Shown: one piece after another, positions 49,919 through 64,000 of the stretch
Numbering within the stretch: position 1 is the first letter of the stretch
Layout: each line of letters begins with the position of its first letter
NCBI RefSeq assembly: GCF_009914755.1
Contig: NC_060930.1
Reading direction: 5' to 3' (one strand)
DNA from: the human T2T-CHM13v2.0 reference genome, Homo sapiens
Length of the DNA: 64,000 nucleotides
Position numbers and translations under genes: made by a program
The notes under the pieces: generated by a model
Database searches by the model: none
What the model saw: only the letters and a program-made list of their open reading frames with translations
What the model was told of the DNA's origin: nothing

Positions 49919-52900
49919 GCACTATGCTGTCTTGGTTACTGTAGCCCTGCAGCATAGTTTGATGTTGGGTAGCATTATACACTTAGCTTTGTCCTGTTTG
50001 CTTGGGATTGCGTTTTCTATTCAGGCTCTTAGTTCCATATGAATTTTAAAACAGCTTTTTCTAGTTCTGTGAAGACTCTCAATGGTAGTTTAATATGAGC
50101 AGCATTGAATCTATAAGTTGCTTTGGGCTGTACGGCCATTTTAATTATATTGATTCTTCTTATCCATGAGCATGAAATGTTTTTTTGTGTGTTTGTATCA
50201 TCTCTGATTTTCTGAGCAGTGCTTTGTCGTTCTCCTTGTAGAGATTTTTTACCTCTGTGGTTAGCTGTATTTCTAGATATTTTATTATTTTCATGGCAAT
50301 TGTGACTGGGGTTGCATTCCTGATTTGGCTCTTGTTTTGACTGCTGTTTATGTATAGGACTGATAATGATTTTTGTGCATTGATTTTGTATCCTGAGACT
50401 TTGCTGAAGTTCTTTATCAACTTAAGGAGCTTTTGGGCTGAGACTGGCTTTTTCTAGATATAGAATTATGTCATCTACAAAAAGGGATAGTTTAACTTCC
50501 TCTCTTCCTATTTGGATGCTTTTTATTACTTTCCCCTGCCTGATTACTCTGGCCAGGACTTCCAATGCTACGTTGAATACGAGTGGTGAGAAAGGGCATC
50601 CTTGTCTTGTGCCAGTTTTCAAGAGAAAGGCTTCCAGCTTTTGTCCATTCAGGAAAATGTGGGATATGGGTTTGTCATCGATGGCTTTTATTTAGAAGTA
50701 TGTTCCGTCAATACCTAGTTTTTAACATGAAGCGGTGTTAAATTTTATCGAATGCCTTTTCTGCGTCTATTGAGATAGTGTGGTTTTTGTCTTTAGTTCT
50801 GTTTATGTGATGAATCACATATTGATTTGTGTATGTCGAGCCAACCTTGCATCCCAGGGATAAAGCCTACTTGATCATAGTGGATACGCTTTTTAATGTT
50901 GCACTGGATTCTGCTTGCCATCATTTTGTTGAGGACTTTTGCATTGGTGGTTATCAATGCACTATTGGCATGAAGTTTTTTTTTTTTTTTTTTTTTTGTT
51001 GTTGTTGTTGTGTCTCTATCAGGAAATAACCAAAATCAGAGCTGAACTGTAGGAGATTGACACATGAAAAACCATTCAAAAGAGGAATCAATGCAGGAAC
51101 TTGTTTTTTGAAAAAAATTAATAAGATAGCTAAACTAATAAAGACGAAAAGAGAGAAGATCCAAATAAACACAATCAGAAACAACCCGGGGATATTACCA
51201 CTGATCTCACATAAATACAAATAACCATCAGAGAATAGTATGAACATCTCTATGCATATGAGTTATAAAATGTAGAAGAAATGAAATAATCGCTGGACAC
51301 ATACATTCTCCCAAGACTGAACCAATGAGAAATTGAATCTCTGAACATACCAATGACAAGCTTTGAAATTAAATCAGTAATAAATAGTCTAACAACCAAA
51401 AAGAAGAGCTAGTATTATTCCTACTGAAACTATTCCAAAGAATTGAGGAGGAGGGATTCCTCCCTAACTTATTCTATGAGGCCAACATCATCCTGATACC
51501 AGAATAATATTTTTAATGGGAAGCAGATCATGTGATTCGCTTACACAGAACTTTGCAAAGTTTTCTCATGACAACTGAGATAAAACCCAAGGTCATTATC
51601 ATGATTTTTAAGAGTTATATCTCAAGGTATCCCATGCTTTACCTAATGTTTTAATTACTATGGCTAAAATATTTCTTGCTATTCATGCTCATGCTCATGC
51701 TTATATTTCTTACTCCAATTATCCTGTATATTTTTGTTCCCTTACCCCTACACATGCGTTTTTGAAACATGTTGCTCAGGTACACAAAACTTCTCTTGGA
51801 ATTTTGATTGGAACTTAATTGAGTTTCAGACAATCTTTTATGTTTTTCTGGTATACATGCTTCGATTTATCAATATAATATAAAATATAGGAAACCGCAT
51901 TTAAGAAGAAAAAGATTGATTAATATAAAAGTATAAAATAAGAAAAATTTTAAAGAAGAGTATAAAACTAAATGAAAAATATAAAAGATTATGAAAAGAT
52001 ATTAAAAATGAAATTTTAACTTTAGCAAATATGAATTAAAATTTATAAGCAATGGAGATAAAATGTCCTTTAAACAAGGCAAATATTAGTACTACAATGT
52101 AAAACTAAAAATGTGCCATTAGTAAATAATTGTTTATGCATGTAGATAAAATGAGAAATCGAAAACTAGAAAATGAAAAAGATTCTAATAAGGAACATAT
52201 AAATTTAATATGTGCAATGAGGACTAAGATAAAAAGAATATAAAATAAAACGTCAGATTTTAAAAATTATAAAACAAAGTTAAGAAAAATATATACATAT
52301 ATTTATTTATCATAGAATAAGAAAATCATAAAATGTTCTAACTGCTGCGGAATGATCACCAGATCACTGCAGAAAATAAAAAGAAAACCTTAGTGATGCT
52401 AATGATAAGTACATTTTGTATTGGTCTTTTATTAACAGCATTTTCTTGACATAATTTCATATAGGTTCATCCTCAGTTTCAGAGTGGAAAGATTATTGAT
52501 AGGGAGCTAGCTGCAGTGTTCCACACCTGCATCCACTGTGCAGTCCCCACATTCAGCAGGGAACTCTCAGCAACACCATGGCTTTTCTGAAGCCTGAGGC
52601 ACACACAGCCTGGATGCTGCTAGCTCCACTGCCAGCAGTTAATTAGTATTCCTGCAACTATCCAGATTTTAAGTTGTGAATAAACATATTTAGAAAAAAA
52701 GTTGTGTAAAGTGTAATTCTATTTACATTACTATAATAATAAATTTAAATTGGAATTTGGGAAAATGCAGAGATAATGTGACTTGTTATAAACAAAGTTA
52801 ATTGAAGCTGATAGTTCATGAAATTGAGTAGGGTTCTTGAAGGTCTGCAACTAGAAAGAAGAGGACACTAGGTCAACAAAAGTCATGGAGAGTGAGGCGA

Positions 52901-54312
52901 CAAGTACATAATGAAAGAGGCAGATAGTAGAGAAGCAGAAAATAACAGGTATATGGAGACTAATTGAGTCAAGATTAATAATAAACTGACTCCTTTTGAG
53001 GTTGTTAGCATTGCTAGTGGTCCTAGGTATAAGGCCTCTGATATATAACACTTTTTATTTAATTTCCTTGGGGTTATGTCTTTTGCCATATGTATATTTA
53101 TACCAAATGTTCATTATTTGAACCAGTCTAAATTGCTTCTTCCTTATAAACTATTACGTTAAATTTTTAAAAGCCCTAAAGAAACTGAATGAAATTGTCT
53201 TTGAATAAAATTAAAAAAAAGTGAAGAATCATAAATCAAAAGAATCATCATTTGGCCATGATTGGGATTAATGAAATAATAATAAACAGAGTCAAAGTGC
53301 ATTTCTGGTCAATATATTGACCAAACAATAGGAACAATATTATTTTGTAAAAGGAGACAATATTTATATAATTTTATAAGAATATGAATAAAATATTGTT
53401 TGTTGTTTGCTTTATAATTTTATTTTAAAAGTAATTTTAATTTTAATAATTAAATGCAAACTTTTGCCAAACAAGGCAAATGATGCTATGACTGCAATTT
53501 TTAAACAAAAAGTGGTTTATAATACAATAAGAAAAACGGCATAGAAAATACATTTATTATGTAAAAGCTGAATATTTGATTTTATTGAGATGCAGAAAAT
53601 CTACAAAAACTGTGTATGGATTTGCACACATCTGCATTTTCCTTGAGCTTTTATAAATACAAATCCCTTTTGCTAAAAAGTTCATCTTTTAGGCTGTGAT
53701 TAACTTCTCTAGTTATTAAGTTAAGCTTCTTTTCTTAATTATTGCTATCTAAATCTCTCTTCAAGGTCTCCTTTACAATAGTCTCAACTTATATGTGTTT
53801 TCCTCTGATTTTTCATGTGTTTCAGTTATACTTGACTTTTAATACTTTTTCAGACTTACATTGTGTGTTCTTTACATTATGTTTTTTTCCTCCAGTAATA
53901 ACTACTTTTTATTCTATTGTTTAAATCATACCATTTTTATTTTTAATTAGGTAGAAAACACAGACAAGCAATACATTCTCATTGCAAATAACAAAATAGT
54001 AAAAGAAAAAGTTAAATCAGGATTATAGTAGAAGTGAGTAGCAGCATAATTGATAATGTAAATATAGTAGGGAATAATGGAAGCCGTAAGAATAAAATTA
54101 GAATTATTGCTATCCTTTGAATGGACAGAGTAATATGTATTATATGCATTCCACTTTCCACTTCCTCCAGGTGTCCACACTGAAACCTGCAAGTTGTGAC
54201 TAGAATCACTTTAGGTCCACAAGGAAAGTAACTCCCAGTTAATCTGATTAACAATTAATACTACTGGGTTAATAAAGCTCTGAGAATTTTTAATAAGGGA
54301 ACTTCTGAATTA

Positions 54313-54757
54313 ATTATTTTTTAAAAAATGTGTGGTTACATAGTAGGTGTGTATGAATATGTATGTATAGGTGTATATAGCTATACATATACATACATAT
54401 ATGGGGTATATGAGGTGTTTTGATACAGGCATGCAATGTGAAATAAGCACATCATGGAGAATGGGGTACTCATCGCCTCAAGTATTTATCTTTTGAGTTA
54501 CAAACAATCTAATTACACTATTTAAGTCATTTTAAAATGTACGATTCCATTATTATTGACTATAGCCACCCTGTGATGCTATAAAATAGTAGGTCTTATT
54601 CATTCTTTCTATTTTTTTGATACCCATTAACCATCCCCACCTCCCCCACCAACTCCCACTACCCTTCTCAGCCTCTGGTAACCATCCTTCTACTTTCTAT
54701 GAGTTTGGTTGTTTTAACTTAGATCCCACAAATAAGTGAGAACATGTGATGTTTGTT
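54313..54757 (-). mobile_element. L1MA (MA2/3-like) 3' end
   Basis: gttttgatacaggcatgcaatgtgaaataagcacatcatggagaatggggt...gagaacatgtgatgtttgt. Confidence 0.85.
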
Positions 54758-56008
54758 GCTGAAAATATTATGCCTAAGTTTTACATAACAAGACTTTCAA
54801 TGTAAAAAAGCTATGTAGTTCTGGACAATTCATGATATATTACAAAGTTATGTAAGAATCACACTCAATGTATTCTTAATAAACTCGTCTTTGAAGGAAG
54901 TAAGAAAACTAGGAAGATATTAATAACATTGTTTTGATTATTATAATTTAATACATAATAAAAATGGTCAAAGTACATTTCTGATCAAAGTACAAAAAGA
55001 AAACATGGATATGTTATTCTAGGGATATGAATTTTAAAAATTCTGTAATTTGCTTTCTAATTTTAAAGAAAAAATTGTATATTTCATATATGGTGATTTA
55101 TATATTTTACATGTGTATATATATATATATATATACGTGTGTGTGTGTGTGTATAGCTTGTTTATACATTCTCACACAGATTTTTACACAGGAGGGATAT
55201 TTATTCTTAGTTCCTTCCGTCTCTGCAATTTCTGACTAAACTCACTTGTTTATTGCCTAGGCATTAGGTAAGCCACTTTTTGGAGCAATGACATTTTTCC
55301 TTCTGCTGATGCTCTTTTTACCAACCTTCATGCTTAGCTGTCTGGAATCTTTGTCTTTCACCTAAGTCCTCTCTACAAAGCTCCTTGCTGCTTCTCTATA
55401 ATTGAGCTTGATCACACAGAGCATCCTTATCCTCCTGGCTTTGCACCACCTAATGCTTCTAGGCTTCTTCCCAATTTTTCATTAGCTTAGAAGGAATATG
55501 GAGAAATCCATTTCTTTAACTAAAATAATAGTCAACAGGAAATAGTTTTCTAGATTTTTTTTTTTTAGCACTAGAGATTAGTTTTATCTATTCCAGGTGG
55601 GTTTTCTTGAATACGTTTACCTCCTCATATTTTCATAATTCTATTTTTTATTATTAAGTTTTATGTAGCTTTTAAATAGGAAGATGAAAATAAGTAAAAA
55701 CCACACATTTTCAGATAGTCAAGCTAGAGTTTGTTATTCAAAGTAGATTTGAGTACTTTGATTTGTAGGAAGTCTTAATAAATCACTAAAACGGGTAGTT
55801 TAAAATCCAGAAGAAATTTAAATTGTTAAAATGCAGACACTAAAAGTCACTAGGGTAACTTTACTCCATACGTAATTAAATAAACGTCATTACATCACTA
55901 TCCCTAAGCATCTGTCTCCTGTACACCTAAGAAAACCAAGTTTACAGTGTTTTATTTATATAGAGGATTGAATTCTGAAAAGTTATTTTGATAAGATATT
56001 AAAATGCT

Positions 56009-56355
<347 letters not shown>

Positions 56356-56460
56356 CTAATGAAATATCTCTGGGCGGATCCCAATAAATCTAAATCTATA
56401 ACTTAAATTGTTCAAATTACACATGGTAAAATACATTTCTAAATTTATTAGAAATGATAG

Positions 56461-56773
<313 letters not shown>

Positions 56774-56986
56774 AAGATGCAAAGTTTAGATGTGGTATAC
56801 TTGTATTAAGCACCAAACGACCCCAATCTTCTCACCTTACGTTTCTGAATAGTTCTTTCAGATTTTTAAATGTCACAGTGACTGAAGATATGTTGACACA
56901 CAAATTTGTGGAAGAGTTTCTGATATATATTTACAAACTTTTTTTTCCAGAATCTGTTAATTTTGGTGTCTTTTTGTCCCTTTGAG

Positions 56987-56988
<2 letters not shown>

Positions 56989-57027
<39 letters not shown>
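56989..57027. repeat. (AC)~19 microsatellite
   Basis: Direct reading of the sequence. Confidence 0.97.
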
Positions 57028-57029
<2 letters not shown>

Positions 57030-57164
57030 GTTTTGCTCAAATTTTGCAACTCTGCTTAATCAGCAACCTTATTTGAATACTGTTTTGCCCTGCTTTGGAA
57101 AAAAGTAGACAGTGATGCTGCCTCCACATCACTACACCCTTAAGATTACTGTACCCATTTACTA

Positions 57165-57395
57165 CTAGTCATGGCTCACATTTACTCATTTCTCATTATG
57201 TGGGAGTGCATACTGCATATGTTATCTCATTTAATTTCTACACCACCCAAGGGAGTTAATATTTATTCTCTTAATTCACAAGAAGTAACTTAACATTTAG
57301 AAAAGTTAGGCAACCTGCTATCAACAGCTAGCGCCTGAAAAAGTTGAGATTTAAACCCAGATACTCTGACCTCAAAGTGTCTCCTCTTATCTTTA
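57165..57395 (-). mobile_element. MIR
   Basis: gttatctcatttaatttct...gagatttaaacccagatactctgacctcaaag. Confidence 0.7.
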
Positions 57396-58989
57396 CTTAT
57401 TAAACCACAGGCTTAATAAGTAATTAATTAGTTAATAAGTCAAAATAAAAAATAACTTTCATTCAATATATATACTCTTCTTTCAACCTCAGCTTCTTTA
57501 ATGAATATTAATTTATTGAAACAATCCTAGTCATGTTAGAAAGCAGTAGGACCCAGAAAGGCAGGAAGTAACATTTTTAAAGGTAGATTCAGATGAAAAA
57601 TATTTGATATCTAAATCCTTTTTTAATTCAAAATTAAAAAGTAAGATTTGTGAAAGAAATCTAATATTAAAATTTTGGCTACTTACATTAATTAGAGATA
57701 AATATCAATAAGATAAAGTTATTGCTAACTTTAATACTGAAATATTCTAAATTTATCAGTTCTCATCTTGAGTAGCTTTGTGTTCTAAATAAAAAAATGA
57801 AAGTTTTTGTAACTAAGAATCTAAGATTTGTTCTACATTCCTATATTTGAAAGAACCTCAACTCTGAAACTATTCAGAGGTGGGTTTAATTCATTGCCCT
57901 GAAACTTTTTAATTGAATTATTTATAAAATGAAGAAAAATAATAACATTATGGTTGTAGGCATTTATGATGTACACAAAAAACAGTAAACCTTCTGACAA
58001 ATTTTTGCTAGATGATTACTAAATATTACTGTCTGTTAAAAACATCTTCCCTCTTCTTCTGTTCCAAAAAGAATAAACCAAGGTAAATGTGTCTGAATCA
58101 GTCCACAATATATTCTGTTAACATACTCATTTGTTATAAAGTCATTTAACCAAGACATTTATTGATTTATTGGTATCTCACTCTTTGCATAATGATGCTG
58201 TATCAATGAGATATAGGTAGATGGACTCTTGATGGTGAGTAACATGTCTCTGACATTTTAAAATATTTGAGTAAGATAAAGTTTTCTAAAATTCTATGAG
58301 AACATGCAGCTAACAATATAAAACATTTTTCATTGTTTTATTGAAATAAATGTCCAATAAATGTAATCTTAATAAAACATCTCCTTTATAGGACTATTTT
58401 TGGAAAAGAAAAGATTAAACTTAAAAATGTTTGGAAAAATATTAGAAGGATGCCTTTTACTAGCTATCACATAGTTAAAGATAGACTATTTAAAATAAAT
58501 GTGAAAAATTAAAAGAAATATTATTCAATCTGAGAGTAATATGCAGTAATTAAAATAATCAAAATAACTCAGAATCGATACAATTCAGTTTCAAGTAAAA
58601 TATGTATACCTAAGTGTGAACATTTTATGTGCAATACAGTTTTAAAGTAAAATGGAATATTTGTCAATTTAAAATGCTGGGATAGTTGGCTCCGTTTGGA
58701 GGTCAAAGAATTAGATAACTATCAAGCAAAACACACCAGAAATATGTGTTATATTTAAAAGTTATTTTGTTTCTAAAAATAAACCAATAAATTAAAAAAT
58801 TTAAAAGTGGATAAAGTGAGCATGTTATGTAGGAAAAACATTTATCAACTCTAGAGCTAAGCTAGAAACCACTTTGAAGAATATTGACTCAAGTTCTAAA
58901 TATTATTCCCCAAAAAAATCATTATAAGCAACATTAAAAGAGGGAAGACAAAATAAATTGACATATACATGTCTTTTTATTACTATGTG

Positions 58990-59255
58990 CAAAAGGAAAA
59001 TTAGTGTCTTCAATGAATGAGGTTGGGAAAATTGAACATTCATTCACAGGCAAAACAATAAAATTGAACCCTTATATTCCATCACATACAAAAATTAATT
59101 CAAAATAGGTTAAATATTTAAATGGAAAGAAAACATAGAAAGCTCCTAGATATTGGTCTTTACAATGCTTATTATTTGTTTTGTTATGGCATTAAATCAC
59201 TGGCAACAAAACAAAAGTAAACAAGAGGGACTACATCAAACTAATACACTCTGTA
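58990..59255 (+). mobile_element. L1 ORF2 fragment
   Basis: gtgtcttcaatgaatg...catacaaaaattaattcaaaat...gactacatcaaactaa. Confidence 0.75.
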
Positions 59256-59556
59256 TGAAATGGGAATAATGCAGGGTGGTTGCAGGAGAATAGAAAATTT
59301 CAGGCAGCAGTTTCACATGGCTAGCAAAAGGAAACTCTTGAAATAGCTGCATAAGCTAGGGACTGATAAGTCCCTGAAAATAAGCTGGACCCAACGTGGC
59401 ACTGGATTTGAGCTGGGTTTCACCTACAACCTCATTATGCACTTATCAGCATACTAAATCCCACATTTTCCAGCACCATGACAGTTCCTAGAACATCTGT
59501 ATTTGGTGTAGAAATAGGTGGTGCCACAGTTTTGAGAAATCCTCGCCTTTTTCCAG
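59256..59556 (+). mobile_element. 3'-truncated MER41-family LTR (MER41D/E-like)
   Basis: gaataatgcagggtggttgcaggagaatagaaaatt...cagcaccatgacagttcc matches my recollection of the MER41-family 5' half. Confidence 0.7.
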
Positions 59557-59771
59557 CAGAAATTGAAACAAAAAAATCAGATTAGATTGGATATTTGATT
59601 AATAAGAAAATACTGTCTTTGAAATGGTGTTCCTAAAGATTAGGGCAAAGACAGTTCAGATACAAAGATGGCAGAGGTTCTGAAGATCAATATGAGCCTT
59701 TGTCAGAGTTACAATCAACAGTTTACAAAGCAGAAAGGTGACAGAGCTAAGACTTATAAAGTGTAGAGTGT

Positions 59772-59774
<3 letters not shown>

Positions 59775-59805
<31 letters not shown>
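59775..59805. repeat. (AG)~15 microsatellite
   Basis: Direct reading of the sequence. Confidence 0.97.
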
Positions 59806-59807
<2 letters not shown>

Positions 59808-61244
59808 TGATCTAGCAAAGAAGAAAGATCAGGTGAAGTATCTATGGGACTTTCTGTCTCTATCACCGTACTTCCTTTAGCAAAGGATTTAAAAGTTATA
59901 GGGGGACTGTTAAACCAGCAATGCTAGTCAAAGGACAATTCATTAAACAAGGGAAATCATCAGTGAGTTATCAATGTCATTATCTCTGACTCCTGGAGCA
60001 CCAGATAAGGAGGACTTGCAAAAAGATTTGTTGGGGATAAGGCCCTGTGAGGGGCCTGATTCTTCATTAGTCCTAGGCACAGTCACTATTTTGATCCAGA
60101 GATGTTTTAAAAAGTAAATACATTGATAAAAAGAGAAGTCTGAAAAGACCTGCAGCAGCAAGCAGTATTCTAAGCTACCATGGAACAGTGGAAATCAAAC
60201 ACTCGGAAGGTGAGACAAGTTTTTTTCTTTTTGTTTTCTTTTTGTTTTGTGAGGAACTTCTAGATTGCTAAGTGAAGGTTGTAGAAAATCAGTTGAATTC
60301 CACTGACAGGAAAGCATTAAGTAAGTTTTATTTTCTGAAGAGACCAAACATGGCTGTGTAAGTGACAGTAGAATGATATGGAAATGGGACAAAATAGAGT
60401 CTTCAAGTAATATTTTCTCTCCTGCCTGAATTAAGATGTTGATTGCAAGTCTAGTATTGCCCTGCCACCAATACAAATCTGCAGCAGTTATTAATAAATT
60501 TATTTTGCTATTTCGGTTGAGGGAAGGGTTCATGTGAAATAATTTTTTTGACCGTGTTTAAACGAAAGCCAAGGAAAAACCCCAATTAAAAACTGACTGC
60601 TATTTTAGCATCTTGCATCTTACCTACAAAATTAACCATGGGTACATCGATGTTTCTTCTCTTTGGTTATTATGCAATTAACACAGAACAAAAAAGAAAG
60701 CATGGCATGATGTAGCCTAGGTAATACTTTGGATATCTCAAAAACATTTACAATGATAAATTACTATTATTTGTGTTAATTTGTGGTATAAATTTTTCTG
60801 GATTTAGGACCAAAATGTTTAGAAATTATTTGTAAAAGTGCATAAAATAATAGTGATAAACCTAATGCATTGTGAAAACTGGGCATGTGAAACCAACTCT
60901 ATATGGTGATACATATGTCACATGAACTACTGAAATGGAACCTATTAAATTGTTTTAATTGAGCTTTCAGTGTCAAAGTTTACAATTTGGTAGTATTTGC
61001 TGGCATTGGTAATTGGATGTTTACAGTAGGATAAATGCAATTCTAGGAAAATTGAATATCTTTTCATCATAAGAACTTTAAATAATGGGACCTTAACACC
61101 AAAGCTACTTTGGAAAAAAGATAAATTAGGACACTAGGGCCCAAGAAATTACAGGACTTAAGAAAATTTTGGCTGAAACATTAACATTACATATTTATCC
61201 ACTGATATTGTCTCTTTCATTTTTTTTCATTTTTCAAGAATAAA

Positions 61245-61602
61245 ATACATTATTAACTAGAGTCACTGTGTTGTACGATAGACATCTTGAGCTTATTTTT
61301 CTAACTGGAAATTTGTATTCATTGATAAATATCTGTCTAACTCCTATGCCCAGCCACCCCAGCCCATGGAACCTCCATACTACTCTCTACTTCTGCAAGA
61401 TCATCTTTTTAAAGTTCCACATACGAGTGAAATAATGCAACATTTGTCTTTCTCTGCCTCGATTATTTCACTTAACATAACGTCCTCCAGGTTCATCTAT
61501 GCTGTCACAAATGATAGGACTTCATTCTTTGATATGGCTGAATAGTAGTCCATCACTTATATTTACTACATTTTTCTTACCCATTTGTCCATTGGTGGAC
61601 AT
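61245..61602 (-). mobile_element. L1MA-type 3' fragment
   Basis: ttccacatacgagtgaaataatgcaacatttgtctttctctgcc...cctccaggttcatc. Confidence 0.8.
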
Positions 61603-61989
61603 TGCTATATTCTTATTGTGTGCGATTCTATCTGAATTACTAGGTATCCTGGCATGTGCATTTTAATGTTAACTGCAAGATAAGTAAGAATTTTTATTCT
61701 TCTCAGAAAGTTGATGCTCACATTAAAACAACAAGATAAAGGATCAGAAATTGAAAACTAGGGACAAAGTACAGGATGTAAGAGCCGAGGGGCAAAAAGA
61801 TTAACTAAATCTGAGAAACATAATTTGAAGTTATTTTTAGTGTTATTTTAATACATGTAAGGATATCAAAGACAGTAGAAAAGAGGGAAAATTAAGAGAT
61901 AATTACTCTCCTCTCAGGCTGAATATCACAGACATGAGTTAGGAATAACAGCTGATTATTTACATGTTAAAGAAAAGATACAGGTTTTT

Positions 61990-62420
61990 TTGCTCCATGC
62001 CTATACTGATTGAAGAAATTCCTACCCTGAGATAAAGTATTTCGTAAAGAAGTTTACTTAGAAGCCTCTGTAAGTTAATCTTTGAGGAAGTGGATGAGGC
62101 TGGATTGGGAAGAGCAAGAAGCTAACCAGTAACGTGGTTGCCCGTGAGACCTCAGCCAATCACATAGGGAGCTTGGGAGCTAGGCTGGCCTTTCTCAGTT
62201 GTCTCAAATTGAAGTAAGGCTGCTGCTTTGAATTTCTGCATCATGGAAAACTAATTGGCTACAGGGTGAAAATGCAACTTTGGGCTAGATATATCCCTTT
62301 GGCCAAAGCAATTTCAATTGACATTTGAAGCTATAATCCATTAGTGGCCAAATTTTTTAGCAGCTAGTGGATATATTTGCCCTGAAGTAGGATTGGACAG
62401 AACACAGCCATATTTGCTGC
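61990..62420. mobile_element. Old ERVL-type LTR (LTR16-like)
   Basis: gacctcagccaatcacatagggagcttgggagctagg...cagttgtctc. Assignment by resemblance only. Confidence 0.5.
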
Positions 62421-62884
62421 AGGAAATAAGTTATGTGAGGAGGTGATAAATCTTTCAGAGAGAGATGAAGCAGGGCAAAAGTCTCTTCTGACTGAAAGGG
62501 TCAGATTGTGGCAGAATGAGATTCAAGTACAAAATGGTTTTATGACACATACACTTTTTGAATGCTGGGCGTAAGTATTTTTTTTCAAGGAGACACTAAC
62601 ATAATGTTATTTATCACAGAATAGTTCCCAGTATACAGTTTTACTGCTAATCTATAATTGTTTGTTACAATACTCACAATTTGTTAATTAAAAATAATAC
62701 CCAATGAAATACTCAGGGCACAGTTTCTTAAATTGGATATGGCATTTTCTTTCACACCACTTTTTTAAACATTTCCGAGAGGTCTGCACTTCCTGGTGTG
62801 TAACTCAATTCTTGCATTTTTTCCAATGAGCTTCCATAAGAATTTTTCTGAAAGGGAAGTATAACACGAAGTTGAAAATACGGT

Positions 62885-63100
62885 TTTTGCAGTTAGAATT
62901 TTTTTGAATTCCAGATTTCCAACTTGACATTGGGCAGGAACTTAAACATTTAAGCCTCCATGTTTTTTTTTTCTTTGTAAATCTTTTTTCTTTGTAAATC
63001 AGAGTGATCTTGTTAATGATAAAAAAAAGTATAACTATGTTAAGTGCTTAGCATAGGACATGACACACAATAACCGTTCATTAAACTGTATATTTATAGT
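62885..63100 (+). mobile_element. MIR
   Basis: tgacattgggcaggaacttaa...aagtgcttagcataggacatgacacacaataa. Confidence 0.6.
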
Positions 63101-64000
63101 ATTATTCGTGATTTAAGTAGAAACAGCTGTAGCAGTAACAACATTGCCCTGATTCACTCTTGAGCAAGCTCTTCCAGCAGAACTCACTGTTTCTATTAAC
63201 TTTATGCGAATAAGTTTACCACAAAAGGACTGAATTAAACTGATCAACCATATATAGTTTTAGAATTTTGCCTAGTGCACAATTATACAGTGCTACAAAT
63301 CACCAACATGTTTTACACCTGTTTCTATGAGCTCAGTAGATTCTTAGTTATGCATACATGTTTATAAATAGTTAATTTAGTAATTAAATTTAATTGTACT
63401 ATGAACTCATTAAAAATACCAAAATGTAGTACCAGTTATCGGAAATTTTTAGAACAAATATTTATATGCATGATATCAGAATACAAATTTTAAATGTGAA
63501 CAGGACAGGTGATGCATGCATGTTACCATGGCGACCTTGTAGAAAGACTTTATTTCAGTGCTTAGCACCACACCAAAAAAGTGTCCTTTCTAAACCAATG
63601 ATTCTGTGATAGAGGCACCTGTGGAGTTTATCATTTGAATTTAAGAAATCAGAAAAAAAAGTGATTTTGCCTCCTCTAGTGAAATTTCTACCTTATTGCC
63701 TGAAAAGGAAATAAAGTGGTTCTTATGAATGATTTATTCTGAACAAATCACTGTAATATAAATGGAATAATCTTTGGAGAATGAAGAGGCCCTGGGCAGT
63801 AGCCTGTTGAAGCAAAAATAACAAATAGAGGTGGGTACTTTTGCTTTAGTTCCATAAGGGCAGAGAAACTAATGATTGACTCTAAAAGAAAATTCTACAT
63901 TTCAGACCACCTAAAGATTCTGGGAAGCAAAATAAAATGTAACTTATAAAGATAGAGAACTAAATCTGGTCATTTTGAAGAGAATTTTAATTTTAAATTT

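Noticed and set aside
60195-60533. 112-aa minus-strand ORF
   Set aside because: It has no recognisable homology, and its length is within chance expectation.

Overview
This is AT-rich primate genomic DNA (catarrhine or hominoid, judged by Alu S/J, L1PA and LTR12/ERV9 content). It is intergenic or deep-intronic and dominated by transposable elements. I find no intact protein-coding gene, RNA gene or CRISPR array. Every recognisable ORF is a decayed LINE-1 ORF1/ORF2, Alu or LTR12 translation. The window holds two nested old L1s (1-10.3 kb), three solo LTR12 elements with 4-bp TSDs, a further solo ERV LTR, a truncated MER41-type LTR and about 12 Alus. It also has a 2.5-kb L1PA, three L1s with 5' inversions (twin priming), a head-to-tail triplet of the L1 RT region, and MIR/L2/MER58 relics. 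I cannot support a new biological system. The most notable signals are a 37-bp-arm hairpin enclosing a 20-bp tandem duplication (46010-46111), LTR12 promoters with retained CCAAT/GATA/TATA motifs, a MER41 retaining a GAS motif, and an L1 whose RT domain is deleted in frame. Subfamily calls come from recalled consensus features and most boundaries of old elements are approximate.
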